A stretch of DNA of 57,465 bases, the filler included, from Callorhinchus milii (Eukaryota): the NCBI RefSeq assembly GCF_018977255.1. It is 2 parts of 2 records of this genome, joined end to end, with 100 filler letters (N's around TTAATTAATTAA, not from the genome) between each part and the next. Parts side by side here need not be neighbours in the genome. Positions count along the whole stretch, not along the records: positions 1 to 28,687 come from NW_024705669.1; 1 more part is not named here. The stretch is one strand, 5' to 3'. Shown here in pieces: positions 11,013-25,400 of this stretch. The translations under genes were made by a program, and so were the position numbers. The notes beneath the pieces were generated by a model. That model was not told where the DNA came from. It did no database searches and saw only the letters and a list, made by a program, of their open reading frames with translations. Within the stretch, counting starts at the first letter, position 1. Every line of letters starts with the position of its first letter.

Positions 11013-12883
11013 CGTGTGTGTGTGTAGCTGTGTGTACGTGTGTGTGTAGCTGTGTATGTGTGTGTATGTATGTGTGTAGCTGTGTGTGTGCGTGTGTGTA
11101 GCTGTGTGTACGTGTGCGTGTGTGTAGCTGTGTGTACGTGTGTGTAGCTGTGTGTACGTGTGTGTGTGTGTAGCTGTGTGTACGTGTGTGTGTGTGTGTG
11201 TAGCTGTGTGTACGTGTGTGTAGCTGTGTGTACGTGTGTGGTGTAGCTGTGTGTACGTGTGTGTGTGTAGCTGTGTGTAGCTGTGTGTACGTGTGTGTGT
11301 GTAGCTGTGTGTACGTGTGTGTGTGTAGCTGTGTGTACGTGTGTGTGTGTAGCTGTGTGTACGTGTGTGTGGTGTGTGTGTAGCTGTGTGTACGTGTGTG
11401 TGTGTGTAGCTGTGTGTACGGGTGTGTGTGTGTGTAGCTGAGTGTACGTGTGTGTGTAGCTGAGTGTACGTGTGTGTGTGTGTAGCTGAGTGTACGTGTG
11501 TGTGTGTGTAGCTGAGTGTACGTGTGTGTGTGTGTAGCTGAGTGTACGTGTGTGTGTGTGTGTAGCTGTGTGTACGTGTGTGTGTGTAGCTGTGTGTACG
11601 TGTGTGTGTAGCTGTGTGTACGTGTGTGGTGTGTAGCTAAGTGTGTGTGTGTGTAGCTGAGTGTGTGTGTGTGTAGCTGTGTGTACGTGTGTGTGTGTGT
11701 GTATAGCTGAGTGTACGTGTGTGTGTGTAGCTGTGTGTGTGTGTGTGTTTAGCTGTGTGTGTGTGTGTGTGTAGCTGTGTGTACGTGTGTGTGTGTGTGT
11801 AGCTGAGTGTACGTGTGTGTGTGTAGCTGTGTGTACGTGTGTGTGTGTGTAGCTGTGTGTACGTGTGTGTGTGTGTAGCTGAGTGTACGTGTGTGTGTGT
11901 AGCTGTGTGTACGTGTGTGTGTGTAGCTGAGTGTGTGTGTGTATAGCTGAGTGTACGTGTGTGTGTGTAGCTGTGTGTACGTGTGTGTGTGTGTATAGCT
12001 GAGTGTACGTGTGTGTGTAGCTGTGTGTACGTGTGTGTGTGTGTATAGCTGAGTGTACGTGTGTGTGTGTAGCTGTGTGTAGTGTGTGGTGTTAGCTGTG
12101 TGTGTGTGTAGCTGAGTGTACGTGTGTGTGTGTAGCTGTGGGGAGCAATAGTGTAGCGGTTAGCGCGCTGCGCTATGAACCTGGCGACCCGGGTTCGATT
12201 CCCGCTCACGGCCAACACCAGTGACGATTATCTGAACCGGTCCTGGGCCTCCCCTAGGTCGACTCAGCCTTAAATGAGTACCTGGTGCGGTGTGTAAACG
12301 TCGCCACTGGGGAGACAAAGGCGGTCGGGCGTGGTGCTGGCCACCCACCCCCTCGTGTGCCGTTCTGGCCTTCATAGGTGCTCGCTAACAGCACTTGACC
12401 CTACAGTCTGTTAAGGCTATACGGGGATCTTTGTAGCTGAGTGTACGTGTGTGTGTGTAGCTGTGTGTGTGTGTGTAGCTGTGTGTACGTGTGTGTGTGT
12501 AGCTGTGTGTGTAGCTGTGTGTACGTGTGTGTGTGTAGCTGTGTGTACGTGTGTGTGTGTGTAGCTGTGTGTACGTGTGTGTGTGTGTAGCTGTGTGTAC
12601 GTGTGTGTGTGTGTAGCTGTGTGTACGTGTGTGTGTGTGTAGCTGTGTGTACGTGTGTGTGTGTGTAGCTGTGTGTACGTGTGTGTGTGTGTAGCTGTGT
12701 GTACGTGTGTGTGTGTGTAGCTGTGTGTACGTGTGTGTGTGTGTAGCTGTGTGTACGTGTGTGTGTGTGTAGCTGTGTGTACGTGTGTGTGTGTGTAGCT
12801 GTGTGTACGTGTGTGTGTGTGTAGCTGTGTGTACGTGTGTGTGTGTGTAGCTGTGTGTACGTGTGTGTGTGTGTAGCTGTGTG

Positions 12884-12928
<45 letters not shown>

Positions 12929-13206
12929 TGTGTAGCTGTGTGTACGTGTGTAGCTGTGTGTACGTGTGTAGCTGTGTGTGTGTATAGCTGTGTAGCTGTG
13001 TGTGTGTGGCTGTGTGTGTCACTATGTTTGTGTGTAGCTGTGTGTGTGTGTAGCTGTGTGTGTCACTATGTTTGTGTGTAGCTGTGTGTACGTGTGTGTG
13101 TGTGTGGCTGTGTGTAGCTGTGTGTACGTGTGTGTGTGTAGCTGTGTGTACATGTGTGTGTGTGTAGCTGTGTGTGTGTGTAGCTGTGTGTACGTGTGTG
13201 TGTGTA
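11013..13206. repeat. Compound (GT)n / GTGTAGCT / GTGTAC minisatellite
   Basis: Irregular gtgtagctgtgtgtacgtgtgt units, interrupted by a SINE at 12140-12431. Confidence 0.95.
12140..12431 (+). mobile_element. Well-preserved tRNA-derived SINE (tRNA-His-like head)
   Basis: A-box TAGTGTAGCGG, B-box GGTTCGATTCC, head ending TCACGGCCA resembling tRNA-His; body aggtcgactcagcc..aaatgagtacc..aaaggcggtcgggcgtgg. Confidence 0.85.
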
Positions 13207-16119
13207 TTAAACACACGGCACTCTTCCTCTTGGCGTTGCAGCTCTCTTCACTGCTGGTTGAGTTGGCGTGATGCTCGCCGTCGGCGGTGTGCGATGATTC
13301 CGTCATCAGATAGCGCGCGCAGCTTGTCTGATGGTCGCCGCTCCTCACTCTGGCATTGGTTCCCAGCTGGTGCTGGTCGGTGTGTGTGTGGGTCGAACCC
13401 ACGGCGCTCTCGCTGGCGCTGACACTCTTGCTCATGGGCGGCTGGTCAGGCTCTTTCCACTGCTCCGTGCTCTCTCCTTGATCGTGCAGCTGCCAGCTTC
13501 ACACGGACACCTGCCCTTACTTCAGGGCTTGCGCTGGCTCAGGCTCTTTCCACTGCTCCGTGCTCTCTCCTTTCTCTCTCCTTGCTTTCGCCCTTGGCGT
13601 GCAGCTGCCAGTTTTGCACTGGCATTGTGTTACCTCTCCCGCCCTCACTTCGGGGCTTCGCCTTGTCGTTGCTCAACTTTCGTGCTCTCCACCCTTCTTC
13701 TAAGAGGGCTGCTGCTGTGAGCTGCTCGTCGCTGGCTGGATCACTTACTCTCAAAACTTGTAAATTGTATTAGCACACCTCTTACGCAACTCTGATAGCT
13801 TGGTACAATACAACTTATCGCAAACCCTCGATTCCACAAGCGACTCAAAACATCAGGATGAATGTAGAATAAACTTTCAGCGATACTCTGTCAGTTCATA
13901 CCGAACTCAGCTCTTAACAACACATCGTCCCTTCGCTCCACGAGACACGACACCCATGGTTGATCTCGAGGCCATGCCCCGGAGTTTGCCCCTTTGCAAT
14001 ACTGAATTGCATGATCTGATCTGTGTCGTTGGTTATATCTGAAATTCCCTCCCCTCTCTGTGCGTCTCTTGCGAGAGAAAAAAAACAGATGCCCTCTGTC
14101 ACCGTCCTCTCTCCGCGGCCGCGCCTGAATGCCCCCCCCCTTCCCTTGATGACCCCGGATGGGCTGTTTTCCGTCTAAGTTTATGCTTGTTGGCATCCCT
14201 CCCCCTTCGTTGTGTTTGTTAGCTCAAGGCCAGACACCCTTCATACGTAATTGTGGCTGCCATGTGTTTGTGTCAAATTGTTGGAAGACAAAGGTGGCCG
14301 GGGAGGCTTTGATTCCATGGAATACATATTATCTGGTCTTGTGTGTGTTGGACCTATTTCTTGTACCTCTTATGAGTTACCCCGGGTCTAATATCTCGTG
14401 GTTATTATTTGGTTCATGTTTAACCAAGAACCAAGATTCGTAATGCCCCTCGTTGTTACCATTATTCCGAGGGTTTTGCCAAGCTTTGTTGTAAGTCTGT
14501 GTCACCAGGGATCGGTGTTTTATTTTGAGTTATATTTTGATATCCCGAGGCTGGAGATATAACCAAGCGCTCACTTTCTTGTCTACCAGAATGCACATTC
14601 CTTGGTTCTCTTGGTGAAGTTACATGGATAGAAAGATACAATACAAAATGATATACGAGTTGAATAAGGGTGAAATAAAATAAATAATAAACAGGACCCT
14701 GCGGGGTGGGCTGGTAGGAACGAATATCAAAGAATATAAACATAATGTATTATTACACTTGTTTAGCCAGGAAAGCCCCACTGTAGGTTTTTGTAGGATC
14801 CTGCCAAGTGTTTGCAGTAGGGGGCGATGTTGCTACACCTAATCGGACGATACGAAGGGAGACTTTGAGGCCTATTTCTAGGCTTTAGGCCTAGCTGTAG
14901 GCTTTAGGTCGCTGTGAGTTAATATTTAATTTAAATGTTTTAATTATTAATGTAAAAGCTTGAAATTTAAATGTTTCTATTTTAAAAAATCAGGGAATGT
15001 AACATTGTGAAACATTAACTCCCTTTCACACACGCGGGGTACGATACGAAGGGAGAGTTTCAGGCCTAGTTCTAGGCTTTAGGCCTAGCTGTAGGCTTTA
15101 GGGCGCTGTGAGTTTTTTAATTTAATTTCAAAGTTTTAATTAAAAGCTATCTCAGGGAATTATAAGGAATGTTACACGTGTTTAGCCAGGAAAGCCTCAT
15201 TAATTTAAATGTTTTAATTAAAAGCTATCTGAGGGAATTATAAGGGAATGTTACACTTGTTTAGCCAGGATAGCGTCACTGAGTCTCAAGGTTTTTGTAG
15301 GGTCATGCCAAGTGTTTGCAGTAGGGGGCGATGTTGCTACACGGACGGACGATATAATCTATTGGTGTCTGGTCCACTTCGTTCCTACCAGTATAAAGCC
15401 GCTCGTATAGACTGCAGTCTATAACGTCGATTTGTTCTTTTTGACGAGTTTCAAACTTTTGCCGTTAAAGAAAATGCGAGTTGTAACGTCCGTTTGTCTC
15501 TGCTATGTGCTCTGGAGATTTGTTTGTGAACTGTCCAAAACGTCCGGGGAGGTCATGTCATATGGTCATCTGCCAGCCTGGAGATTTCCAGATAGTCGCG
15601 AACCCCTCTTTGCCCCGAAGTTTGTTGTTTAATGACCTCCAGATGCTTGGTGTGGTTTGAGGGGTAGCGGAGTTGAGTGTTGGTTTCATTTATTAATTAT
15701 TTAAGGAAAAAAATGGGTCGAATTATTCTCAATATATATTTTTGGAAAAGGTCTATATATACAACACACATCTAAGTTGCGATTGAACATGAATTTATGA
15801 ATTTCTGCACAACACAAATAGTATTATTTTCAACACCTTTTGCTATGTCAACTGAATTTAGCTTTCATAAATATTCTTTTCGTAGCCAGACAGCCGAAAT
15901 TTGTGACCATTTGCCCTCTCATTGTGTGCCATAACAGCCCGCGTGATGAATTTGGGAAGCTTTTTCACTATATCATGAATATATAAATAAGTATTGACGT
16001 GTAAGTCACGTGTGACTGTGTATATGCATTCCTCTGTGCATCGATACTGACGTGTAGATATTTTTTTTTCTGTCTGCAACTGACGCTTCCTCTGTACTTT
16101 CCTCTGCAGAATTGGTCTG

Positions 16120-17447
<1,328 letters not shown>

Positions 17448-17456
17448 GCCATAGAC

Positions 17457-17686
17457 CAGTGGTTCTTAACCTGGGTTCGATCGAACCCCAGGGGTTCGGT
17501 GAGTCAGTCTCAGGGGTTCGGCGGAGGTTAAGACACACACCTGACTCATGATTGTGCACCAGTAAAACATGTACCTATGTTTTGAATTTGAAAAAATAAT
17601 TTTATTTTTCCATTTAAGAAGGGTTCTGTGAATGTGCATATGAAACTGGTGGGGTTCAGTATCTCCAACAAGGTTAAGAACCACTG
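17457..17686. mobile_element. hAT MITE, duplicated with the gene unit
   Basis: Same TIRs as 5404-5634; TSD CCATAGAC / CCTTAGAC. Confidence 0.92.
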
Positions 17687-19571
17687 CCTTAGACGATGCC
17701 GCTCCAATAGATGCACCTTTGTCACAGGCCTTTAATGACAAGAATGTGAAGTTGAACACTCGGTTCCTAGGTTCAACCTGCAGGGTAAGAGCGGCCAGTC
17801 TTTGTGGACCTGTGTGTTGGGTAGATCTCTAACCAGGAGCGAGAGCCAATAAGCTCCCAAGCATTCACTATGTTATCATAATTGCATTTATATTGTGCTT
17901 GCTTAATTGCCTCGGCAATTCGTAGTTTTGTATCGTTTCTCGTCTCAAACACTCGAAGAGCATCCCCAAGTAGCAGCTGCCCCTGTGTGGCACAAGGTGG
18001 TGGCCCTGCACCGGCCTGCATGTGGACAAGAGCCTGTCAGTAGGGGGCGATGGTTGATGTGGCATCTTAGTTGTGGAGTTTGTAGGTAATGTTTAGAATT
18101 TGCTCAATTTTGACCCAGACGCCAGCATGCAATGGCCTACTCGTTTTGAATGACACAATAGTATGTTGTACATACACTATTAAGCAGACAGTGTTTTTTG
18201 TTTATCTTGTTAATACGATGTAACCTGATGCAGCATATTTCAGTGCAGTAATTTAACTTCGTAAAAATTATTGTCAATAATTTAGAATGAATACTTGTCC
18301 GATTGTGTGCGTACATGTAACATTTTGTCTACAAGGGTCAAACATTGATTAAGTGATGTTAGGACAAAGTGTGTGTTTTTGGAGTAACCTGTACAGATCA
18401 CTCAGGTGAGACTCATTGTTCTTGTGATACAGGTCAAAGGGTACTTTTGTGGTTTCAGGAAGCATCTCCCTCTGGAGCAACTCATTGTCTTTGAAATAGG
18501 GAGCACACTCGGATCATTCATCAGTTACAAGGCAAACCACTTAAAAGTTACACGTAGAGGAGGTACATTCTCTACAACACGAATTATAATTTTGCATTAC
18601 GTGTTGACGTAGATTTTGTCTAACTCGGACTAGAAATGCTCCTTGCTGATTAACGTCTGGATGTCCGTAACTATCGGTTGAACAAGCCCGGCTGCTGTTG
18701 AGACGCTGTGCACCAATAAGGGTCCACAGGTGGCTTGCACTGAATTAATGACGCACTCCCAGAAGTCTGTGCTAGTTATAGTTTGTGTAAAACATTCATT
18801 TGTTTCGTGGAGAGATTGATAAATGAAAGATGTTGTGTCTGCTGATCTGCTTCATAGCAAGGAGGTAATTCTAAGAGCCTATTTGAAATGCATTTTTGGT
18901 ATAGATTTGTATTTGGTTACAAGGCAGAGCACATCTAGTAGATACATTCTCCACAACAACACTCATTAGAATTTTGCATGACGTCTTATATGTTGGCGAA
19001 CTAGGACAAGAAATGGTCCTTGCCGATTAACGTCTGGATGTTGACAACCATGGGGTTGAAGCAAGCCTGATTGCCTGCGGTGCCCCTCACAACCATTTAC
19101 GGCTTTCGGCCAGGAAAGTCACGAAGAAAATTGCACACGAACGACGCATTCACGCCAACTCCCGATGCTCCATTTTGAAGTTTTAAAATGAAACAACTTT
19201 GAATTGTATTATGTTTTAATTAGATAATTGTATTATATCATTTTACATCTGGAAGACTTAATTGAAAACAACATTTCGCGTGAATTATTTTCGTCGTTAA
19301 GTAGATGGCCTTACCGGGGTTCGGTTTGATGCGGACTTTCTCCTGGTTGGGATCGCGGGGTGGAGATAAGGCGACATAGAGCTGGCCGTGCCAGAAGACC
19401 GCCGTCTGCAGATCGATTCCAACGCGATCGAACGTCTGTCCCTGCTCCTCCGTCGTTCATGCAGGGGGCGCGTAGGTTTGCAGCGCCTCCTGCATGAAAA
19501 CTAAGGAAAGTGCAGCGTTCATCACAGACAGATGAAGTTGTGTGCTTATATAAGAGTACTCGCGGGAAGTA

Positions 19572-21495
19572 CCCGGTGTGAAATTTCCCACCTTTTATCG
19601 TAATATATAGGATACTAAGGCTAAGCACACCCGAGGATTGCACTTTTGTTGAAAAATGAAGTTGCAAATATTTGTCCATTATTGGCCAAAAACGGCATAG
19701 GTTAGTATGCCGATATTCTATATTGGGACGTGCACATTTCATCATAAAATGTTCCACTTTTAATCTAATACATAGCATACTAAGGGTAAATACAATTGAT
19801 GAATTAACTTTTTGTTGAAAAAAAAAGCTATGAAAATTTGGCTTATTTTGGTTAAAACCGGCATAAGTAAGTATCCCCGATTTTATTTTTGGGGCGTGAA
19901 AATTTAATCGTGAAATTTTCCACTTTTAAAGTAATATAGAGCATACTAATGCTTAACAAAATGGAGGAATTCACTTTTTCTTGAAAAATCTAGCTATGAA
20001 AATTGAGCAAATTTTGACCAAGAACGGCATTGGTAAAGTATGCCGATTTGATCTTTTTACTTCAAATTTCATGGTGAAATTTCCCACTTTTAATGTAATA
20101 TAGAGGCTACTCAGGCTAAACACAACCGAGGAATGCACTTTTTGTTTCAAAATACAGCTGTAAAAATTGGTTCAATTTTTGCCAAAAACGGCAGAGGTTA
20201 GCATGCCGATTTTCTGTTTGGGACGTGAACATTTCATCGTGAAATTTTCCACTTTTAATCTAATACATAGCATACTAAGGCTAAATACAATGGAGCCAAT
20301 TAACTTTCGTCCGAAAATAAATCTGTGAAAGTTGGGCTTATTGAGCCTAAAAACGGCACAGTATGCCGATTAACTTTTCTATATTCGAAAAGTTAATTCA
20401 TGAAATTCCCCACTTTTTAACGTAATATATGGGCTACTCAGGCTAAACACAACCAAGGAATGCACTTTTCGTTGCAAAAAAAGCTAAAAAAAATTGGATC
20501 GATTTTGCCAAAAACGGCCTAGGTTAGTATGGCGATTTTCCTTTTATGGACGTGAAAATGTCATCGTGAAATGTCCCACTTTTAAAGTAATATAGAGCAT
20601 ACTAATGCTTAACAAAATGGAGGAATTAACTTTTTCTTGGAAAATCTAGCTATGAAAATGTAGCAAATTTTGGCCAAGAACGCCATTGGTAAAGTATGCC
20701 GATTTGATCTTTTTACTTCAAATTTCATGGTCAAATTTCCCACTTTTAATGTAATTTATAGGCTAATCATGCTCAACACAACCGAGGAATGCACTTTTTA
20801 TTTAAAAATACAGCTGTAAAAATTCGTTCAATTTTAGCCAAAAACGGCAGAGGTTTAGTATGTCGATTTTCTGTTTGGGACGTGAACATTTCATCGTGAA
20901 ATTTTCCAATTTTAATCTAATACATAGCATACTAAGGCTAAATACAATGGAGCAATGAACCTTTGTCGACAAATAAGGCTGTGAAAGTGTGGCCAATTTT
21001 GGCCGATTTAATTTTTTTACTTTAAAATTTCATGGTGAAATTTACCACTTTTTTTACGTAATATATAGGATACTAAGGCTAAGCACACCCGAGGATTGCA
21101 CTTTTGTTGAAAAATGAAGCTGTAAAAATTTGGCCATTATTGACCAAAAACGGCACGTGAACATTTCATCGTGAAATTTTCCACTTTTAATCTAATACAT
21201 GGCATACTAAGGATAAATACAATAGAGGAATTAACTTTCGTCCAAAAATAAAGCTGTCAAAAGTTTGGCTTATTGAGCCTAAAAACGGCACAGTATGCCG
21301 ATTAACTTTTTTATATTCGAAAATTTCATGCATCAAATTCCCCACTTTTTAACGTAATATATGGGCTACTCAGGCTATAAACACAACCAAGGAATGCACT
21401 TTTCGTTGAAAAATAAAGCCATGAAAATTGGGCCAATTTTGCCAAAAAACGGCCTAGGTTCGTATGGCGATTTTCTTTTCATGAAAATGTCATCG
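19572..21495. repeat. ~165-bp AT-rich satellite (~12 monomers) with ~655-bp higher-order period
   Basis: ccacttttaa-like anchors near 19587, 19754, 19919, 20084, 20248, 20408, 20575, 20739, 20905, 21045, 21180 and 21341; monomer n is most similar to monomer n+4. Confidence 0.85.
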
Positions 21496-21529
21496 TGACA
21501 TGTCGCCAGCGGTGTGCTGGAGAGCCAAG

Positions 21530-21815
21530 CCACGACGTCTACAAAGTGCTGCTCATAGCGAGTAGCAGCACCGGTGGAGGTCGTCACGGCACACACAGAG
21601 GGGGTGGGTGGCCAGCACCACGCCCGGCCGCCTTTGTCTCCCCAGTGCTGGCGATGTTGACACACCGCACCGGGGACTCGTTTGAGGCTGAGTCGACGTA
21701 GGGGAGGCTCAGGACCGGCTCAGAAAGTCGTCTCTGGCGGCGTTGGCCACGAGCGGGAATGGAACTCGGCTGGTCGGTGCGGAGCGCAGCGCTCACCACG
21801 TCACTGCCGCTCCCC
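21530..21815 (-). mobile_element. Diverged tRNA-derived SINE, duplicated with the promoter
   Basis: Near-identical to 6880-7165. Confidence 0.8.
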
Positions 21816-21844
21816 TTCTGAACAACAACAAACTTGAACTCTGA

Positions 21845-22200
21845 CCCCGCCCTCTGACGTCACCGCTCAGCGTGACCTCATCGGCGTCAAACGCCAGGGG
21901 AGGTGTGCCTCGCTAGTGACGTCATGTCACCAAGGTACCCCCACCCAACTCACGCGCTCTTGAGCGTGACGTCACCTCCGGCTTCCCAGTGCCAATCCTT
22001 ATTTGGGCAAAGCTACGCCCGGTGACTGGCGGCTCATTAACATAATTTATTCGTGAAAGTCGTCGCGAGTTGAGGGCCGCTCATTGTGGGAGGGGAGTGT
22101 CATCTTACCCCGCAAGTGACGTCATGTCACCTGCTGCCGCGTGACGTCACGAGGGACCAGAAGTTGCCGCTCGGCCCGTGCACTGAAATCCGAGGTGAGA
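21845..22200 (+). promoter_or_regulatory. CpG-rich promoter and first exon of ZNF unit 3
   Basis: TGACGTCA at 21855, 21917, 21967, 22117 and 22142; CCAAT 21992; CArG 21997-22006; donor GAG|GTGAGA at 22194/22195. Confidence 0.7.
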
Positions 22201-22489
22201 AATTCTCATCGCGGTTGTTGTGGTGGTTGTTGTTGTGGTGGTTGTGGTGGTGGTTGTGGTGGCTGTTGTTGTGTACCGAGGTAGAGCCTCGCCTCTCTCT
22301 CGTAGGGATGTCAATTGAGTAGCAGCGAGCATGGAAGCGATGTGCACGTTGGAACTTTACAACGCGGGGCCTTGCCTCCTGCCCTCGCCTGGTCGCGTTC
22401 GCTTCAATTCTCTCGCTTAAGTTGAATTTGTCTTGACCCGGATCGCCACTTTGTACCTTTTTTAAATATTCTATACTAACACCGGTTTT

Positions 22490-25400
22490 TTTTCATATTT
22501 TTACCAGGCCACGCCCGCTTGAGCTGCTGTACCGCTCTTGTTTTCAGAAGCGACCTGCCCACAACAACAACAACAAGGTGAGGCTCGTCAACAGCGTGGC
22601 GGTGTTCACTCTAGACACGTGGCGGTGTTCACTCTAGACACGTGGCGGTGTTCACTCTAGACGCGTGGCGGTGTTCACTCTAGACACGTGGTGGTGTTCA
22701 CTCTAGACACGTGGCGGTGTTCACTCTAGACGCGTGGCGGTGTTCACTCTAGACACGTGGTGGTGTTCACTCTAGACGCGTGGCGGTGTTCACTCTAGAC
22801 GCGTGGCGGTGTTCACTCTAGACACGTGGTGGTGTTCACTCTAGACGCGTGCGGTGTTCACTCTAGACGCGTGGCGGTGTTCACTCTAGACACGTGGTGG
22901 TGTTCACTCTAGACACGTGGTGGTGTTCACTCTAGACACGTGGCGGTGTTCACTCTAGACACGTGGCGGTGTTCACTCTAGACACGTGGTGGTGTTCACT
23001 CTAGACACGTGGCGGTGTTCACTCTAGACGCGTGGTGGTGTTCACTCTAGACACGTGGTGGTGTTCACTCTAGACACGTGGCGGTGTTCACTCTAGACAC
23101 GTGGTGGTGTTCACTCTAGACACGTGGCGGTGTTCACTCTAGACACGTGGCGGTGTTCACTCTAGACACGTGGTGGTGTTCACTCTAGACACGTGGCGGT
23201 GTTCACTCTAGACACGTGGCGGTGTTCACTCTAGACACGTGGCGGTGTTCACTCTAGACACGTGGCGGTGTTCACTCTAGACGCGTGGCGGTGTTCACTC
23301 TAGACGCGTGGCGGTGTTCACTCTAGACGCGTGGCGGTGTTCACTCTAGACACGTGGCGGTGTTCACTCTAGACGCGTGGCGGTGTTCACTCTAGACACG
23401 TGGCGGTGTTCACTCTAGACACGTGGCGGTGTTCACTCTAGACACGTGGCGGTGTTCACTCTAGACACGTGGCGGTGTTCACTCTAGACACGTGGCGGTG
23501 TTCACTCTAGACACGTGGCGGTGTTCACTCTAGACACGTGGCGGTGTTCACTCTAGACGCGTGGTGGTGTTCACTCTAGACACGTGGTGGTGTTCACTCT
23601 AGACACGTGGCGGTGTTCACTCTAGACGCGTGGTGGTGTTCACTCTAGACGCGTGGCGGTGTTCACTCTAGACACGTGGCGGTGTTCACTCTAGACACGT
23701 GGCGGTGTTCACTCTAGACGCGTGGCGGTGTTCACTCTAGACGCGTGGCGGTGTTCACTCTAGACACGTGGCGGTGTTCACTCTAGACACGTGGCGGTGT
23801 TCACTCTAGACACGTGGCGGTGTTCACTCTAGACACGTGGCGGTGTTCACTCTAGACGCGTGGCGGTGTTCACTCTAGACCGTGGCGGTGTTCACTCTAG
23901 ACGTGTGGCGGTGTTCACTCTAGACGCGTGGCGGTGTTCACTCTAGACACGTGGCGGTGTTCACTCTAGACACGTGGCGGTGTTCACTCTAGACGCGTGG
24001 CGGTGTTCACTCTAGACACGTGGCGGTGTTCACTCTAGACACGTGGCGGTGTTCACTCTAGACGCGTGGTGGTGTTCACTCTAGACACGTGGCGGTGTTC
24101 ACTCTAGACGCGTGGCGGTGTTCACTCTAGACACGTGGTGGTGTTCACTCTAGACACGTGGCGTGTTCACTCTAGACGCGTGGTGGTGTTCACTCTAGAC
24201 AGTGGCGGTGTTCACTCTAGACGCGTGGTGGTGTTCACTCTAGACGCGTGGCGGTGTTCACTCTAGACACGTGGCGGTGTTCACTCTAGACGCGTGGCGG
24301 TGTTCACTCTAGACGCGTGGCGGTGTTCACTCTAGACGCGTGGTGGTGTTCACTCTAGACGCGTGGCGGTGTTCACTCTAGACGCGTGGCGGTGTTCACT
24401 CTAGACACGTGGCGGTGTTCACTCTAGACACGTGGCGGTGTTCACTCTAGACGCGTGGCGGTGTTCACTCTAGACGCGTGGCGGTGTTCACATCTAGACG
24501 CGTGGCGGTGTTCACTCTAGACGCGTGGTGGTGTTCACTCTAGACACGTGGCGGTGTTCACTCTAGACGCGTGGCGGTGTTCACTCTAGACACGTGGCGG
24601 TGTTCACTCTAGACGCGTGGCGGTGTTCACTCTAGACACGTGGCGGTGTTCACTCTAGACGCGTGGCGGTGTTCACTCTAGACGCGTGGCGGTGTTCACT
24701 CTAGACGCGTGGCGGTGTTCACTCTAGACACGTGGCGGTGTTCACTCTAGACGCGTGGGTGTTCACTCTAGACACGTGGTGGTGTTCACTCTAGACACGT
24801 GGCGGTGTTCACTCTAGACGCGTGGCGGTGTTCACTCTAGACGCGTGGTGGTGTTCACTCTAGACGCGTGGCGGTGTTCACTCTAGACGCGTGGTGGTGT
24901 TCACTCTAGACACGTGGTGGTGTTCACTCTAGACACGTGGCGGTGTTCACTCTAGACACGTGGCGGTGTTCACTCTAGACGCGTGGCGGTGTTCACTCTA
25001 GACACGTGGCGGTGTTCACTCTAGACGCGTGGCGGTGTTCACTCTAGACACGTGGCGGTGTTCACTCTAGACGCGTGGCGGTGTTCACTCTAGACGCGTG
25101 GCGGTGTTCACTCTAGACGCGTGGCGGTGTTCACTCTAGACGCGTGGCGGTGTTCACTCTAGACACGTGGCGGTGTTCACTCTAGACACGTGGCGGTGTT
25201 CACTCTAGACGCGTGGCGGTGTTCACTCTAGACGCGTGGCGGTGTTCACTCTAGACGCGTGGCGGTGTTCACTCTAGACACGTGGCGGTGTTCACTCTAG
25301 ACGCGTGGCGGTGTTCACTCTAGACGCGTGGCGGTGTTCACTCTAGACACGTGGCGGTGTTCACTCTAGACGCGTGGCGGTGTTCACTCTAGACGCGTGG

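Larger units (their letters stand above)
10169..15766. mobile_element. 5.6-kb TG..CA insertion (solo-LTR-like or Ginger-like non-autonomous element)
   Basis: Ends TGTTGTATAT / ATATACAACA form a perfect 10-bp inverted pair. Flanks CACC / CACA; the empty site ttcaCACCtctaag is at ~4178-4191 in unit 1. Internal direct repeats at 14750-15350; no recognisable ORF. Confidence 0.75.

Noticed and set aside
12140..12215. Possible tRNA gene
   Set aside because: The acceptor and anticodon stems do not pair properly, and the sequence continues into a SINE body found twice more in the window.
11637..13435. Long His/Thr-rich and Cys/Val-rich ORFs
   Set aside because: They are translations of the (GT)n compound repeat.
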